DNA of 26,470 bases, from assembly GCA_964365645.1 (NCBI GenBank), contig CAYIQU010000001.1:1-26470 (forward strand), given 5' to 3'. This document shows positions 8,649 to 16,543 of the stretch, piece after piece. The notes under the pieces were generated by a model. That model worked only from the letters and a program-made list of their open reading frames with translations. It had not been told where the DNA came from and did no database searches. The DNA is from an uncultured Hyphomicrobiales bacterium (GTDB lineage Bacteria; Pseudomonadota; Alphaproteobacteria; Rhodospirillales; 2-12-FULL-67-15). Position numbers and translations under genes: made by a program. How positions within the stretch are numbered: position 1 is the first letter of the stretch; the number at the start of each line of letters is the position of its first letter.

Positions 8649-8905
8649 GGTATCCGTGTTTCTTCCAAATAGCGCGCGATGATCTCGGCTTCCTTGCCGC
8701 CGATGACGTCTTCGCCGCCGTTGCTTTCCCGCATCATGCGAACGATTTCCGCCATCTCATTCCGTTGATATCGAGACATGTCCGGAAGGGCATGACAAGC
8801 GGCACAACGCGCGCGGTAAAGTTCGGCCGGCGTGCGCGGCTGCGCATGCCACCACGCGCCGAACACAGCGGCCAACACCGCCACAACCGCCAAGCCCCGG
8901 CGCAC
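8645..8905 (-). CDS. Small exported or membrane-anchored monoheme c-type cytochrome (86 aa)
   Basis: GTG start with GGAGG upstream, N-terminal hydrophobic stretch, a single CAACH and downstream Met residues as candidate distal ligand. Confidence 0.8.
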   Translation of the reverse strand: MRRGLAVVAVLAAVFGAWWHAQPRTPAELYRARCAACHALPDMSRYQRNEMAEIVRMMRESNGGEDVIGGKEAEIIARYLEETRIP

Positions 8906-8909
8906 TGGC

Positions 8910-10091
8910 TCATCCTCCCATCATGCCAAACCATTCGTCATCCATTTCCCGCTCATTGCGGCATTGGGGGCAAAGGCCGTTGCCATCGGCCGCATCGGCG
9001 GCGAAAGTCAGACCGCATTTGCCGCAACCGGTCAGGGCCTGCGACGCCAATTCACGAGGCTCTTCATCCGATGGTGGCACTATTCCGATTGTTTCCGCCC
9101 GTACCACGCGAGGCGGGCAAACGCTGCCGCACAGACCGCATGCCGTGCACCGCTCGGCGCGAAAGGTGACGGCGATCCGTTCCGGATTCGAGACGGAGGC
9201 GAGCGCCCCGGTTGGACAGAGATCCGAGCAGGCGGCGCAAAGCGTGCAGCCGGGTTCGAAGCGGCGCGGCAGCCAGGGCGGGCGGGCTTCCCGGCCCCAA
9301 GGCAGATCGGCCCGCCGGTGCGCCATGGCCTCAAGGAACGGGTGCGGACGCTGGCGGCGATGGCGCGGCATCGCGGCGCGGAGCTGATCCGCCGCGTCGT
9401 CTTCGGCGGTCGTCTCAGGTACCAAGAAAGAAAGCCCGGCCGTCGCCCCGGACATGGTTCTTAATCTGGCCAATCGCAGGAATCCGCGGCGATTGGTATG
9501 GATCTGGTCCTGGTGATCTTTCTTTGTCTCGGCTTCGGCGCCGCCTTCGGCTTCGCGGACTTCCGGGGCGTTGTCGCCGAACCAGCCGCGCAACGTGGCG
9601 CGCATTTCCGCCAACCCGTCATGAGCGTCGCCTTTCCCGCACCGGCCGCAGTTTTCGAGACCGTGCAAAGCCAGGATGCGCGTGCCGCCTGCAAGCGCCG
9701 CGCCGACCAAGCGGGCATCCAACAGCAGGTGGCAAGGCACCACCACGCCGCCGCCGACATCCGTGCTGGCCGAACAATGGATATGCGCCGCGTTCTTTTC
9801 CGCGATCGCGGCCAGGAACCGTTCGGGCTGGAATACCGCCAGCCGGAAGGCCCCGGCCGGACAGGCCGGCACGCAGGCGCCGCACCCGGTGCAGTCGCTT
9901 TCCTTGAGATCAAGCGCAAGATCGCCCGCCGCCACCGCCTGAACCGGACAAGCGGCCTCGCACCGGCTGCAGATGCGCTGACGTCCGCGCAGGTTGACGC
10001 AGTACTCATCGTCAATCAGCAGATAGGAGCCGCCGCCCGGCAACAGGCTCGCCGGGCTTGCACGTCGCTCGCTGCCTGTCGGTCCGTTCAT
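8910..10091 (-). CDS. Cytoplasmic polyferredoxin (4 x [4Fe-4S] motifs plus extra Cys pairs), NapF/ArxB2-like accessory Fe-S protein
   Basis: C..CSRCEAACP, CTGCGACVPACP, CTLCAACSDLCP and CTACGLCGSVCP, plus C-terminal CGKC…CPQC. Start 10091 by ATGA overlap with the upstream gene. Confidence 0.88.
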   Translation of the reverse strand: MNGPTGSERRASPASLLPGGGSYLLIDDEYCVNLRGRQRICSRCEAACPVQAVAAGDLALDLKESDCTGCGACVPACPAGAFRLAVFQPERFLAAIAEKNAAHIHCSASTDVGGGVVVPCHLLLDARLVGAALAGGTRILALHGLENCGRCGKGDAHDGLAEMRATLRGWFGDNAPEVREAEGGAEAETKKDHQDQIHTNRRGFLRLARLRTMSGATAGLSFLVPETTAEDDAADQLRAAMPRHRRQRPHPFLEAMAHRRADLPWGREARPPWLPRRFEPGCTLCAACSDLCPTGALASVSNPERIAVTFRAERCTACGLCGSVCPPRVVRAETIGIVPPSDEEPRELASQALTGCGKCGLTFAADAADGNGLCPQCRNEREMDDEWFGMMGG

Positions 10092-10516
10092 GGCGCATCC
10101 TGCTCGACCGGAAGTTGCGCGGCGAGCCAACCGCGAAACCCACCGTCCAACACGACGACGTTCCGCGGCAACCGTCGACTCAGCGACTTGTTCAAGCGGG
10201 CAAGATCGACGGGACCGTCGTCGTAGAACACGACCGGACGACCGTCGACGAACAAGCTGCGGTCTTCCGCCAACAAAGCATAGGGCACATTTTGCGCGCC
10301 CGGCACGTGCAGTCCGGCATAGGCGTCGGGAGTTCGCAAGTCGATCAAATGGAAAACAACTCCCGGCCGGCCGCTTTTGATCAACTCAAGCAAGGATTCG
10401 GCCTCCATGCGCCGCTCCTGCGGGCCACAAGCCGCCGCGAGAAGAAGGACCGCCGCCGCGCACGCCGTTGCTCTCGAGGCACGGTCATGCAACCACCGGA
10501 TCGTCTGTTTCAGCAT
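10088..10516 (-). CDS. Rhodanese-fold probable lipoprotein with Asp at the catalytic Cys position
   Basis: LIDLRTPDAYAGLHVPGAQNVP and VLDGGFRGWLAAQLPVE; the loop reads PVVFYDDG. Signal-like LLLAAAC. ATG 10516 has GAGG upstream (the ORF finder start at 10555 is less likely). Confidence 0.82.
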   Translation of the reverse strand: MLKQTIRWLHDRASRATACAAAVLLLAAACGPQERRMEAESLLELIKSGRPGVVFHLIDLRTPDAYAGLHVPGAQNVPYALLAEDRSLFVDGRPVVFYDDGPVDLARLNKSLSRRLPRNVVVLDGGFRGWLAAQLPVEQDAP

Positions 10517-10922
10517 TGCCGGGTTCCTCGGCTTCGTCGGCCAGCTTGCGGCCAAGCCATTGAGTTACCGCCACCGCCGTCACCAGATTGGTGGCGAGCG
10601 GCACGCTGTTAAGATCGCAGGCCCGATAGAAAGGGTGGATATCCGGCTCGTCGCCGGCGGCTCCAATCGGATCGCGCAAGAAATAAACCGCGGCGATGCT
10701 GTTGGAGCACACCAATCCGCACAACTGGATTTCGCCCCCACGCCGGGCCGGGAAGACGCTGGTGACCTCGAATCCCAATTCCCGCTCGATCACCTCGCCG
10801 GTTTCCTGAGTGGACAGCAGGCGATAGTTTTCGAATACACGGCGCTCTTTCTGCATCAGCTTGAGAAGCGCTTTCTCCATGCGCCGATGGGCGATGAGAA
10901 TGACGGTGCGGACGTCGGGCAT
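10485..10922 (-). CDS. Methylglyoxal-synthase-like (MGS-fold) protein with substituted catalytic residues
   Basis: Colinear with MgsA motifs (LIAH, STQETG, RGGEIQL, FLRDP…EPDI, CDLNSVPLATN), but several active-site positions differ. Confidence 0.8.
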   Translation of the reverse strand: MPDVRTVILIAHRRMEKALLKLMQKERRVFENYRLLSTQETGEVIERELGFEVTSVFPARRGGEIQLCGLVCSNSIAAVYFLRDPIGAAGDEPDIHPFYRACDLNSVPLATNLVTAVAVTQWLGRKLADEAEEPGNAETDDPVVA

Positions 10923-10926
10923 AATG

Positions 10927-12078
10927 CTATCCCCCGATTGCCGGAGCCAATCGCGGCACCGACTCAGGCGCTCTCGCGGCCTGGGTCATGTCGGCATAAA
11001 GCCGGGCATGACCGAGGGCCAGGCGGTGGATCGCCTCCATCACCGATTCCTCGCGCGCGAGAGACTGGCGCATGGCCGCCAAACGGCCCGGCGATGCGAC
11101 CAAGGTATTCAGCGCCGCTGCCAAGGCGTCGCCGTTGTGGGCGGAAACGGTCAAGCCGTGTATCCCCTCATCAAAGCGGACAGCTTCGACCCGATCGCTC
11201 CGCAGGACCGGCAACGCGAAGGCTCCCGCCAAATCGAGCAACGGGCTCTTGCAGGTCTTCGCATAAGGCATCAGCAGCAAGTCGGCCGAGGTGAACAAGT
11301 CGGCCACTTCGGACGGATCGACGTAACGCTCCAGAACCTCGATGGCAACCTTGGCCCGCGCCGAAGCCAGCACCGCCGGATCCGTGCCGGAAAGAACTTC
11401 CTCGCCGGCAATCACTATTTTAACAAGCGGCGGAAATCCCCCCCGCGCCAGAACCGCCAGCAAGTGATCCAGGCCCTTGCGATGCGAACCATGGCCGAAA
11501 TAAAGCAGCCGGACTTCCCCCGGCTGCTTGGGCGAAAGCTCCGGCGCTCGGCGGCGCGGCGCTTCGGGATGCGCCATCAGGTTCGGGCTCCCGGGCAGAT
11601 ACACCACGCGGTCTCCGCCGAGGCCGAACATCTCCTCGAGTCCCCAGGCAATATGCGCGTCGCGCGCCACGATACGATCGAAGGCGCGATAAAGCGCATG
11701 GAATCCCGGTTGCGAAAGCCAACGGCGGCGGTGCGGCAGAAGATTATGCGGCGTATAAACCGTCGCGATCCCGCGCTGCTTCAGCCAGGCGAGGAACAAT
11801 CGGGCGGTCAAGGGATCTCCGACCCATTGAAAATGAACCACGTTCGGCGCGAATGCGCGCACTTGCGCGGCCAGACAGGCCCAGCCGACCCAACCCGCCT
11901 TGAAACAGGCTGTCTTGTCGAACGGCGTGCGCCAACCTTCTAATTCGTCGCGACTTCCTTCCACCAGCCGAACGCAGTGACCTATTTCAGTCAACCCAAG
12001 CGCTAGCGCATGGGCGTAGTGACACAGGAAGCCGCGTCCCGACCCCTCGACCAGCAATATGCGGTTTTGATGCTCCAT
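10927..12078 (-). CDS. GT-B fold glycosyltransferase, family 4-like, cytoplasmic
   Basis: NVVHFQW, VYTPHNLLPH, LLYFGHGSHRKGLDHLL, VIAG and LFTSADLLLMPY. No signal peptide. Confidence 0.85.
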   Translation of the reverse strand: MEHQNRILLVEGSGRGFLCHYAHALALGLTEIGHCVRLVEGSRDELEGWRTPFDKTACFKAGWVGWACLAAQVRAFAPNVVHFQWVGDPLTARLFLAWLKQRGIATVYTPHNLLPHRRRWLSQPGFHALYRAFDRIVARDAHIAWGLEEMFGLGGDRVVYLPGSPNLMAHPEAPRRRAPELSPKQPGEVRLLYFGHGSHRKGLDHLLAVLARGGFPPLVKIVIAGEEVLSGTDPAVLASARAKVAIEVLERYVDPSEVADLFTSADLLLMPYAKTCKSPLLDLAGAFALPVLRSDRVEAVRFDEGIHGLTVSAHNGDALAAALNTLVASPGRLAAMRQSLAREESVMEAIHRLALGHARLYADMTQAARAPESVPRLAPAIGG

Positions 12079-12087
12079 GGCTCCCCG

Positions 12088-12828
12088 CTAGAGGCCGGAT
12101 GCCTTGCGAAAATCCGGATCGGTCTTCATCCGCACGAGCGGACGTCCGTTCGCTTCGGCCAGTTCCTTGAGCCGCCGCGGCCCGGCCAGGCGACCGATGT
12201 CTTCCCACAGCACCCGTTCGACCAGATCGAGAACCTCAGCATAGAACGGATGCTGGGCAGCCCCGGCGGCGCGCCGACACCAGCCCGGCCCCCACTCGCC
12301 AAGCTGATCGAGAATAAATGTTTCGCGTTGCGTTTGCGCCGTTTCGGCCCTTGCTTCATCTTCGGATTCGACGGCGGCGGCTTCGATGTCAAAGAGAGTC
12401 CCGACGAATGAAAGCATGGTGCCGATATGATCGGGAAACTCGCCGCTCTGGCGACGCTCATAGACGAACCCTGCCGCCCGGTACGCCGCCTCGGCCCGAT
12501 CGCACTGTTCCTGCCCAAAAGCGCCGGTGGCAAAGACCGAAGCGAACGGAGAAACCGAGCCGGGCGCCGAAAACAGGCCGGTGTATTCCACGGCCAACCG
12601 CTCAAGAAGGGACTCGACGGGATCCGACAACAGATCATGGGGTAGCTTCACACCCATCTCGACCAGAGCCGCTCCCAATTCCCCGCGCAGCAAGGCCAAT
12701 AACTCCGCGTCGACCTCCTGCTCCAGAACACGGCCCAACAGATGATACAGCCCGGCTTGCGCCCGACAGTCTTCGACCCGTTCCTGTGCTTCGGAAGTCT
12801 CCCTCGACATCTCCTCGACTGAAACCAT
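12088..12828 (-). CDS. TorD/DmsD-family molybdoenzyme maturation chaperone
   Basis: EYTGLF, SPFASVF, EFPDHIGTML and HPFY motifs. ATG 12828 is preferred because GGGGAGGA lies 4 nt upstream; the frame is open to 12888. Confidence 0.9.
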   Translation of the reverse strand: MVSVEEMSRETSEAQERVEDCRAQAGLYHLLGRVLEQEVDAELLALLRGELGAALVEMGVKLPHDLLSDPVESLLERLAVEYTGLFSAPGSVSPFASVFATGAFGQEQCDRAEAAYRAAGFVYERRQSGEFPDHIGTMLSFVGTLFDIEAAAVESEDEARAETAQTQRETFILDQLGEWGPGWCRRAAGAAQHPFYAEVLDLVERVLWEDIGRLAGPRRLKELAEANGRPLVRMKTDPDFRKASGL

Positions 12829-12889
12829 CGCGTCCTCCCCGGTCGTCCCGTTTTTCATTGTCGTTCCATCGCCCATCATCCTTGTCAAG

Positions 12890-12934
12890 AAAAAGGCCGG
12901 GAGGGTGGCGGCTCATCTGTCCGCCACCCTCCCG
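12890..12934 (-). terminator. Intrinsic terminator-like hairpin between the catalytic subunit gene and the chaperone gene
   Basis: Perfect 14-bp GC-rich stem (12898-12911 / 12921-12934) with a 9-nt loop, followed on the minus strand by GCC and TTTTT. Confidence 0.65.
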
Positions 12935-12955
12935 AAGGCGTGGGAGGAAGGGAGA

Positions 12956-15616
12956 CTAGTGGCCGCCGCCCACCTGCGGTTTCGGCAAACGACTCCAGTC
13001 GATGTCGACTTCCTTGTGGTTCGCCCTGTGCAAATCGCCGGTGTAGGCGTAGCGCAAGGTTTCCTCGAATGCCTTCATGGCGGCCTCGGCGCTGACCTTG
13101 ATATCGCCGTACTTGTCGCCAGCCTGCGCTTTGGTCACGGTAACCACCGTGTCGTACCAGCCTTGCGAACCGCCGATTGGGTCGACCGACACCGGGATTA
13201 TGTGGTTCGGATGCACGCCCTTGTCGTCCCACCAGACGTTGCGGTCGATGTCGGGATCCCCGCCCTGCGCCCATTCGGCCTTCGGATCCTTTTGCTTGAG
13301 CTGGGCCAAGCGGCCATAGGCCGAGTGGCCGCAGGCGGTGGAAACGGCGATGACATCGGGATGCATCCCCTCGGTGACGTGCGCCTTGGTCACGATGTGG
13401 CCGAGTTGCGACGTGATGCGAATCAAATCGCCGTCGGCGATGCCGCGAGCCTTTGCCGTCTTCGAGTTTATCCAAGCCGGATTTTTGTGATAGAGCTCGG
13501 CCAGGGTCTTGAGCGAGGCGGTGCGGCTCTGGGTGTGAACGTTGACCTTGTACGTCGTCAAGATCAGCTCGTTGGGCTTCTTGTTGCGGGACGGAATGCG
13601 CTTGTAGACCGGCAACGGATTGAAGCCGTATTTCTTGTAGCTCTCCTTGTAGATCTCGATCTTGTGGGAATTCGTGCCGAAGCCGACGCAGTTCTTGCCG
13701 CTGGCCCGCACGCCGATGGCCTTGCCGCCCTTGGTGATGACATTGTCGGGCCCGACGGTCGCGCCTTCCATCTGCGCGGCCGTCAACTGTTTTTCATGCA
13801 GGCCGTATTCCGGCTTCACCTCGTTGCCGTTCTTGTCGACGATCTTCGACGTTTCCGGATCGACTTTTCCATAAATCGGCCAGACGCCTTTCTTTTTGAG
13901 GAAGTCGAGACCGCCCTCTTCCTTGAGACCGGGAATATTGTCGAAGTGGCCGCGCATCCACTCCTCGGGAGTCTTAAAGGCGAAATACTTCTTGATTCCG
14001 AGGGAACCGTCAGGATCGACCTTGTTCATGATCTCGATTGTGGATTGACGCCATTCCTGTGTGCCGCCCAGCGGCTTGATCACCGGCTGGCGGATGCCAA
14101 GCCAGGGTCGCAGGTCGTTAGGCATGGACTCGGCGTCCCACCGTTCGAGGTAGGTGACGTCGGGAATGATGAGGTCGGCCAGTTCCGCCGTCTCGGACAT
14201 GTAGGGACTGAAGGAGGCGAAGAACGGAATCAGCTTCTCATCCTTCATCATTCCTTCCCAGATGTGCCCGGCAGGATAGGTGTAGGCCGGGTTGTCATAG
14301 TACGTCATGTACACCGACACCTTCGCCTCGCCCTTCATGACCATGTAGGGCATGTGCGTGGAAACGGCGTGCGATGCCAACGGATAGAGCGGCGGCGCGG
14401 CCAGCACGCTCGGCACCTTACCACCGGGCGGTTTTGGGTCGGGCTGCGGCCAACCCATGCCGCGCGGCAGGCAATAGCCGCCGACCTTCTCGATGTTCCC
14501 GGTAATGACGTTGAGCATGTGGATCGCGGCTTCCTGGTAGGCGCCGTAGATGTGCTTGCAGGGACCGCGATAGGAGAAGGTGGTCGCCGGCTTGGTGGTC
14601 GCGAACTCGCGGGCGATGCGCCGAATGTCCTTGGCCGACATTCCCGACTCTTGTTCGGCAAATTCGGGAGTATAGGGCTTCAGGTGCGCGATCAGTTGTT
14701 CCGGCGTCACGTTCGTCCAATTGCGAATGAACGTTTCGTCGTAGAGATTTTCGTTCATGATGACGTGCGCCATCGCCAGCGCGATGGCGCTGTCGGTGCC
14801 CGGATAGGGGGCGAACCATTCGTCGGAAATGCCGGCGGTATTCGACAAGCGCGGATCGAAAGTGACGAGCTTGGCCTTGTTGCCGACCATGCCATCCATC
14901 AACCGCTGGGCGTTCGGGTTATGGAAATAGGCGGTTTCGACGATGTTGGAGCCGAAATTAAGAACGTACTTAGTGTTGGCCCAATCGCAGGACTCGATGT
15001 CCGGCCCCCATGAAGGCTCAAGTCCGACTTTTTTCGACGATTCGCAAACGTTGGTGTGGTTCACCATCGCGTTCGAGCCCAACGCCGCCATCATGCGCTG
15101 AATCCCGCCGCCGGTGCGATTGCGGCCCCACTTGAATACGATCTCGTTGAGAATCGCCGGATCGTTCGCCTTGCGCGAACGATCGACCACCTCGCGCAAC
15201 TTTTTCGCCAACAGCGTGGTCGCCTCGTCGTAGGAAATCCGCTTCCATTTGCCCTCGCCGCGTTTACCGGTACGCAGCAAGGGGGTCATGATCCGGTCGG
15301 GATCGTAGGTATGCTGGAAGCCGGCGTTGCCCTTGGCGCACAGCTTGCCGCGGGTGCCGGGGTGGTCGAGATTGCCTTCGAGCTTGACGATACGCCCGTC
15401 CTCGACATAGGCGATGCCGCCGTCCTGGATGTTGCAGACCATGCAGGTAAACGGAACCGCCTGGCGTTCCTTGCCGGTGACCGACGAGAAATCCTTGCCG
15501 CCCAGTTGCTGTTCCATCGCTTTGAGGCGCGTGCTGGCCAGCGCGGTTGCCGCCACCGCGGAAGTGCCGCCCAACTTCATGAAGCCGCGACGGCTCATCG
15601 GGAAGTGCTTGTTCAT
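12956..15616 (-). CDS. Tat-exported Mo/W-bisPGD oxidoreductase catalytic subunit (Psr/Ttr/Arr/Arx/Srr lineage; substrate unresolved)
   Basis: Tat motif SRRGFMK, FS0 motif CMVCNIQD-x27-C, YDPDRIMTPL, putative metal-ligand NHTNVC, DPRLSNTA, GTDSAIALAM, LADLIIPDVTYLERW and C-terminal molydopterin-binding motif HTQSRT…AWIN. GAGGAG RBS. Confidence 0.93.
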   Translation of the reverse strand: MNKHFPMSRRGFMKLGGTSAVAATALASTRLKAMEQQLGGKDFSSVTGKERQAVPFTCMVCNIQDGGIAYVEDGRIVKLEGNLDHPGTRGKLCAKGNAGFQHTYDPDRIMTPLLRTGKRGEGKWKRISYDEATTLLAKKLREVVDRSRKANDPAILNEIVFKWGRNRTGGGIQRMMAALGSNAMVNHTNVCESSKKVGLEPSWGPDIESCDWANTKYVLNFGSNIVETAYFHNPNAQRLMDGMVGNKAKLVTFDPRLSNTAGISDEWFAPYPGTDSAIALAMAHVIMNENLYDETFIRNWTNVTPEQLIAHLKPYTPEFAEQESGMSAKDIRRIAREFATTKPATTFSYRGPCKHIYGAYQEAAIHMLNVITGNIEKVGGYCLPRGMGWPQPDPKPPGGKVPSVLAAPPLYPLASHAVSTHMPYMVMKGEAKVSVYMTYYDNPAYTYPAGHIWEGMMKDEKLIPFFASFSPYMSETAELADLIIPDVTYLERWDAESMPNDLRPWLGIRQPVIKPLGGTQEWRQSTIEIMNKVDPDGSLGIKKYFAFKTPEEWMRGHFDNIPGLKEEGGLDFLKKKGVWPIYGKVDPETSKIVDKNGNEVKPEYGLHEKQLTAAQMEGATVGPDNVITKGGKAIGVRASGKNCVGFGTNSHKIEIYKESYKKYGFNPLPVYKRIPSRNKKPNELILTTYKVNVHTQSRTASLKTLAELYHKNPAWINSKTAKARGIADGDLIRITSQLGHIVTKAHVTEGMHPDVIAVSTACGHSAYGRLAQLKQKDPKAEWAQGGDPDIDRNVWWDDKGVHPNHIIPVSVDPIGGSQGWYDTVVTVTKAQAGDKYGDIKVSAEAAMKAFEETLRYAYTGDLHRANHKEVDIDWSRLPKPQVGGGH

Positions 15617-15652
15617 CGGTCTTCTCCTCTCGGTTTTTTCCGGTGCCGTCGA

Positions 15653-16528
15653 TCAGTAGTAGAGTTGGGGTAATTGCCCGGCGATCAGGATCAAGTCGCG
15701 GAAGGTGTAGGCGCCGACCAGCGATGCCAATCCCGCGATGCCCACCATTGCCGGCTGCTGCGATAAACCTGGTGCGGCCAGGAGAACAAGCGGCAATACG
15801 ATGCCAACCGCGAAGGTCAAGAACCAGAACAGGCTGCCGAACTCGCTGTTGATGATCGCCCAGCCGGCTTGCAATTCTTCGCTGCCATAGAGGAACATCA
15901 CCAGGAAGCCCAGAAATAGGAAAAACGTGACGCCAACCGAGTAGAACAAGATGGTTCGCAGCGCCGGGACCGCGCCTGCGGCCTCTTTCTTCACCGCTGA
16001 CACCAGCGCCAGCACCGCCCCGCCCGAGCTGACCGACAAGACCGTGAACAACACCGGGGTCCAAGGAGAGTTCCAAACCTCCCGGGCGTTATTCACCATC
16101 AAGTCGTTGCCCGTATAGAGCGGCATGGAAAGACCGAGCAGCGAACCGAGTATCCCGATCGGCTTCAACAATGCCGTGTTATTTGTCGTAAGTCCGTAGA
16201 AGAACCCGACGATGCACGCGCCGAACAAAGGCAGAAACAGCGCGCCCCACGACAGCGGCGAAGTCCAGTGGAAGTATATGATCGGGTACATGAAGCGCCC
16301 GGGCTGCCCTAAATCGAGGATCAGAAGCACCCCACAGACAAGCAGAACGACGAAGGAAATCATAAGCGCGGTTCTCTGCAGCGGGAGAACCGATGCCGCC
16401 GCCGTTCCCGAGAAGATACTCGGCGCCGCCGCCATAACGAAGCTCATGCCACTGATGCCGATCAGGAAAAAGTATATCGACAACTCCGAGCCCCAGGGGG
16501 CGATGTTGTAGCTCATATATTCGAACAT
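15653..16528 (-). CDS. NrfD/PsrC-family membrane anchor (quinone-interacting subunit)
   Basis: PWGSELSIYFFLIG, LILDLGQPGRF, SPLSWGA and YTG…WNSP; about 8 hydrophobic segments. Confidence 0.93.
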   Translation of the reverse strand: MFEYMSYNIAPWGSELSIYFFLIGISGMSFVMAAAPSIFSGTAAASVLPLQRTALMISFVVLLVCGVLLILDLGQPGRFMYPIIYFHWTSPLSWGALFLPLFGACIVGFFYGLTTNNTALLKPIGILGSLLGLSMPLYTGNDLMVNNAREVWNSPWTPVLFTVLSVSSGGAVLALVSAVKKEAAGAVPALRTILFYSVGVTFFLFLGFLVMFLYGSEELQAGWAIINSEFGSLFWFLTFAVGIVLPLVLLAAPGLSQQPAMVGIAGLASLVGAYTFRDLILIAGQLPQLYY

Positions 16529-16543
16529 TGTTCGCTCCCTTTT

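Noticed and set aside
12860-12888. Sigma70 promoter from the perfect TTGACA
   Set aside because: No acceptable -10 hexamer at 16-18 nt spacing. Kept only as a caveat within the terminator finding.
12905-15013. 702-aa plus-strand ORF, and other long antisense ORFs (e.g. 6667-7986, 10861-11943, 2422-3315, 16580-17506)
   Set aside because: They lie antisense to well-supported genes, have no recognisable motifs, and are the expected shadow ORFs of GC-rich codon usage.
12956-15616. Naming the catalytic subunit arrA, arxA, ttrA, psrA, srrA or soeA
   Set aside because: The signature motifs do not match ArrA or ArxA, the Tat signal excludes SoeA, and no tree could be computed. Gene order alone (B-C-A) is not enough for ttr.
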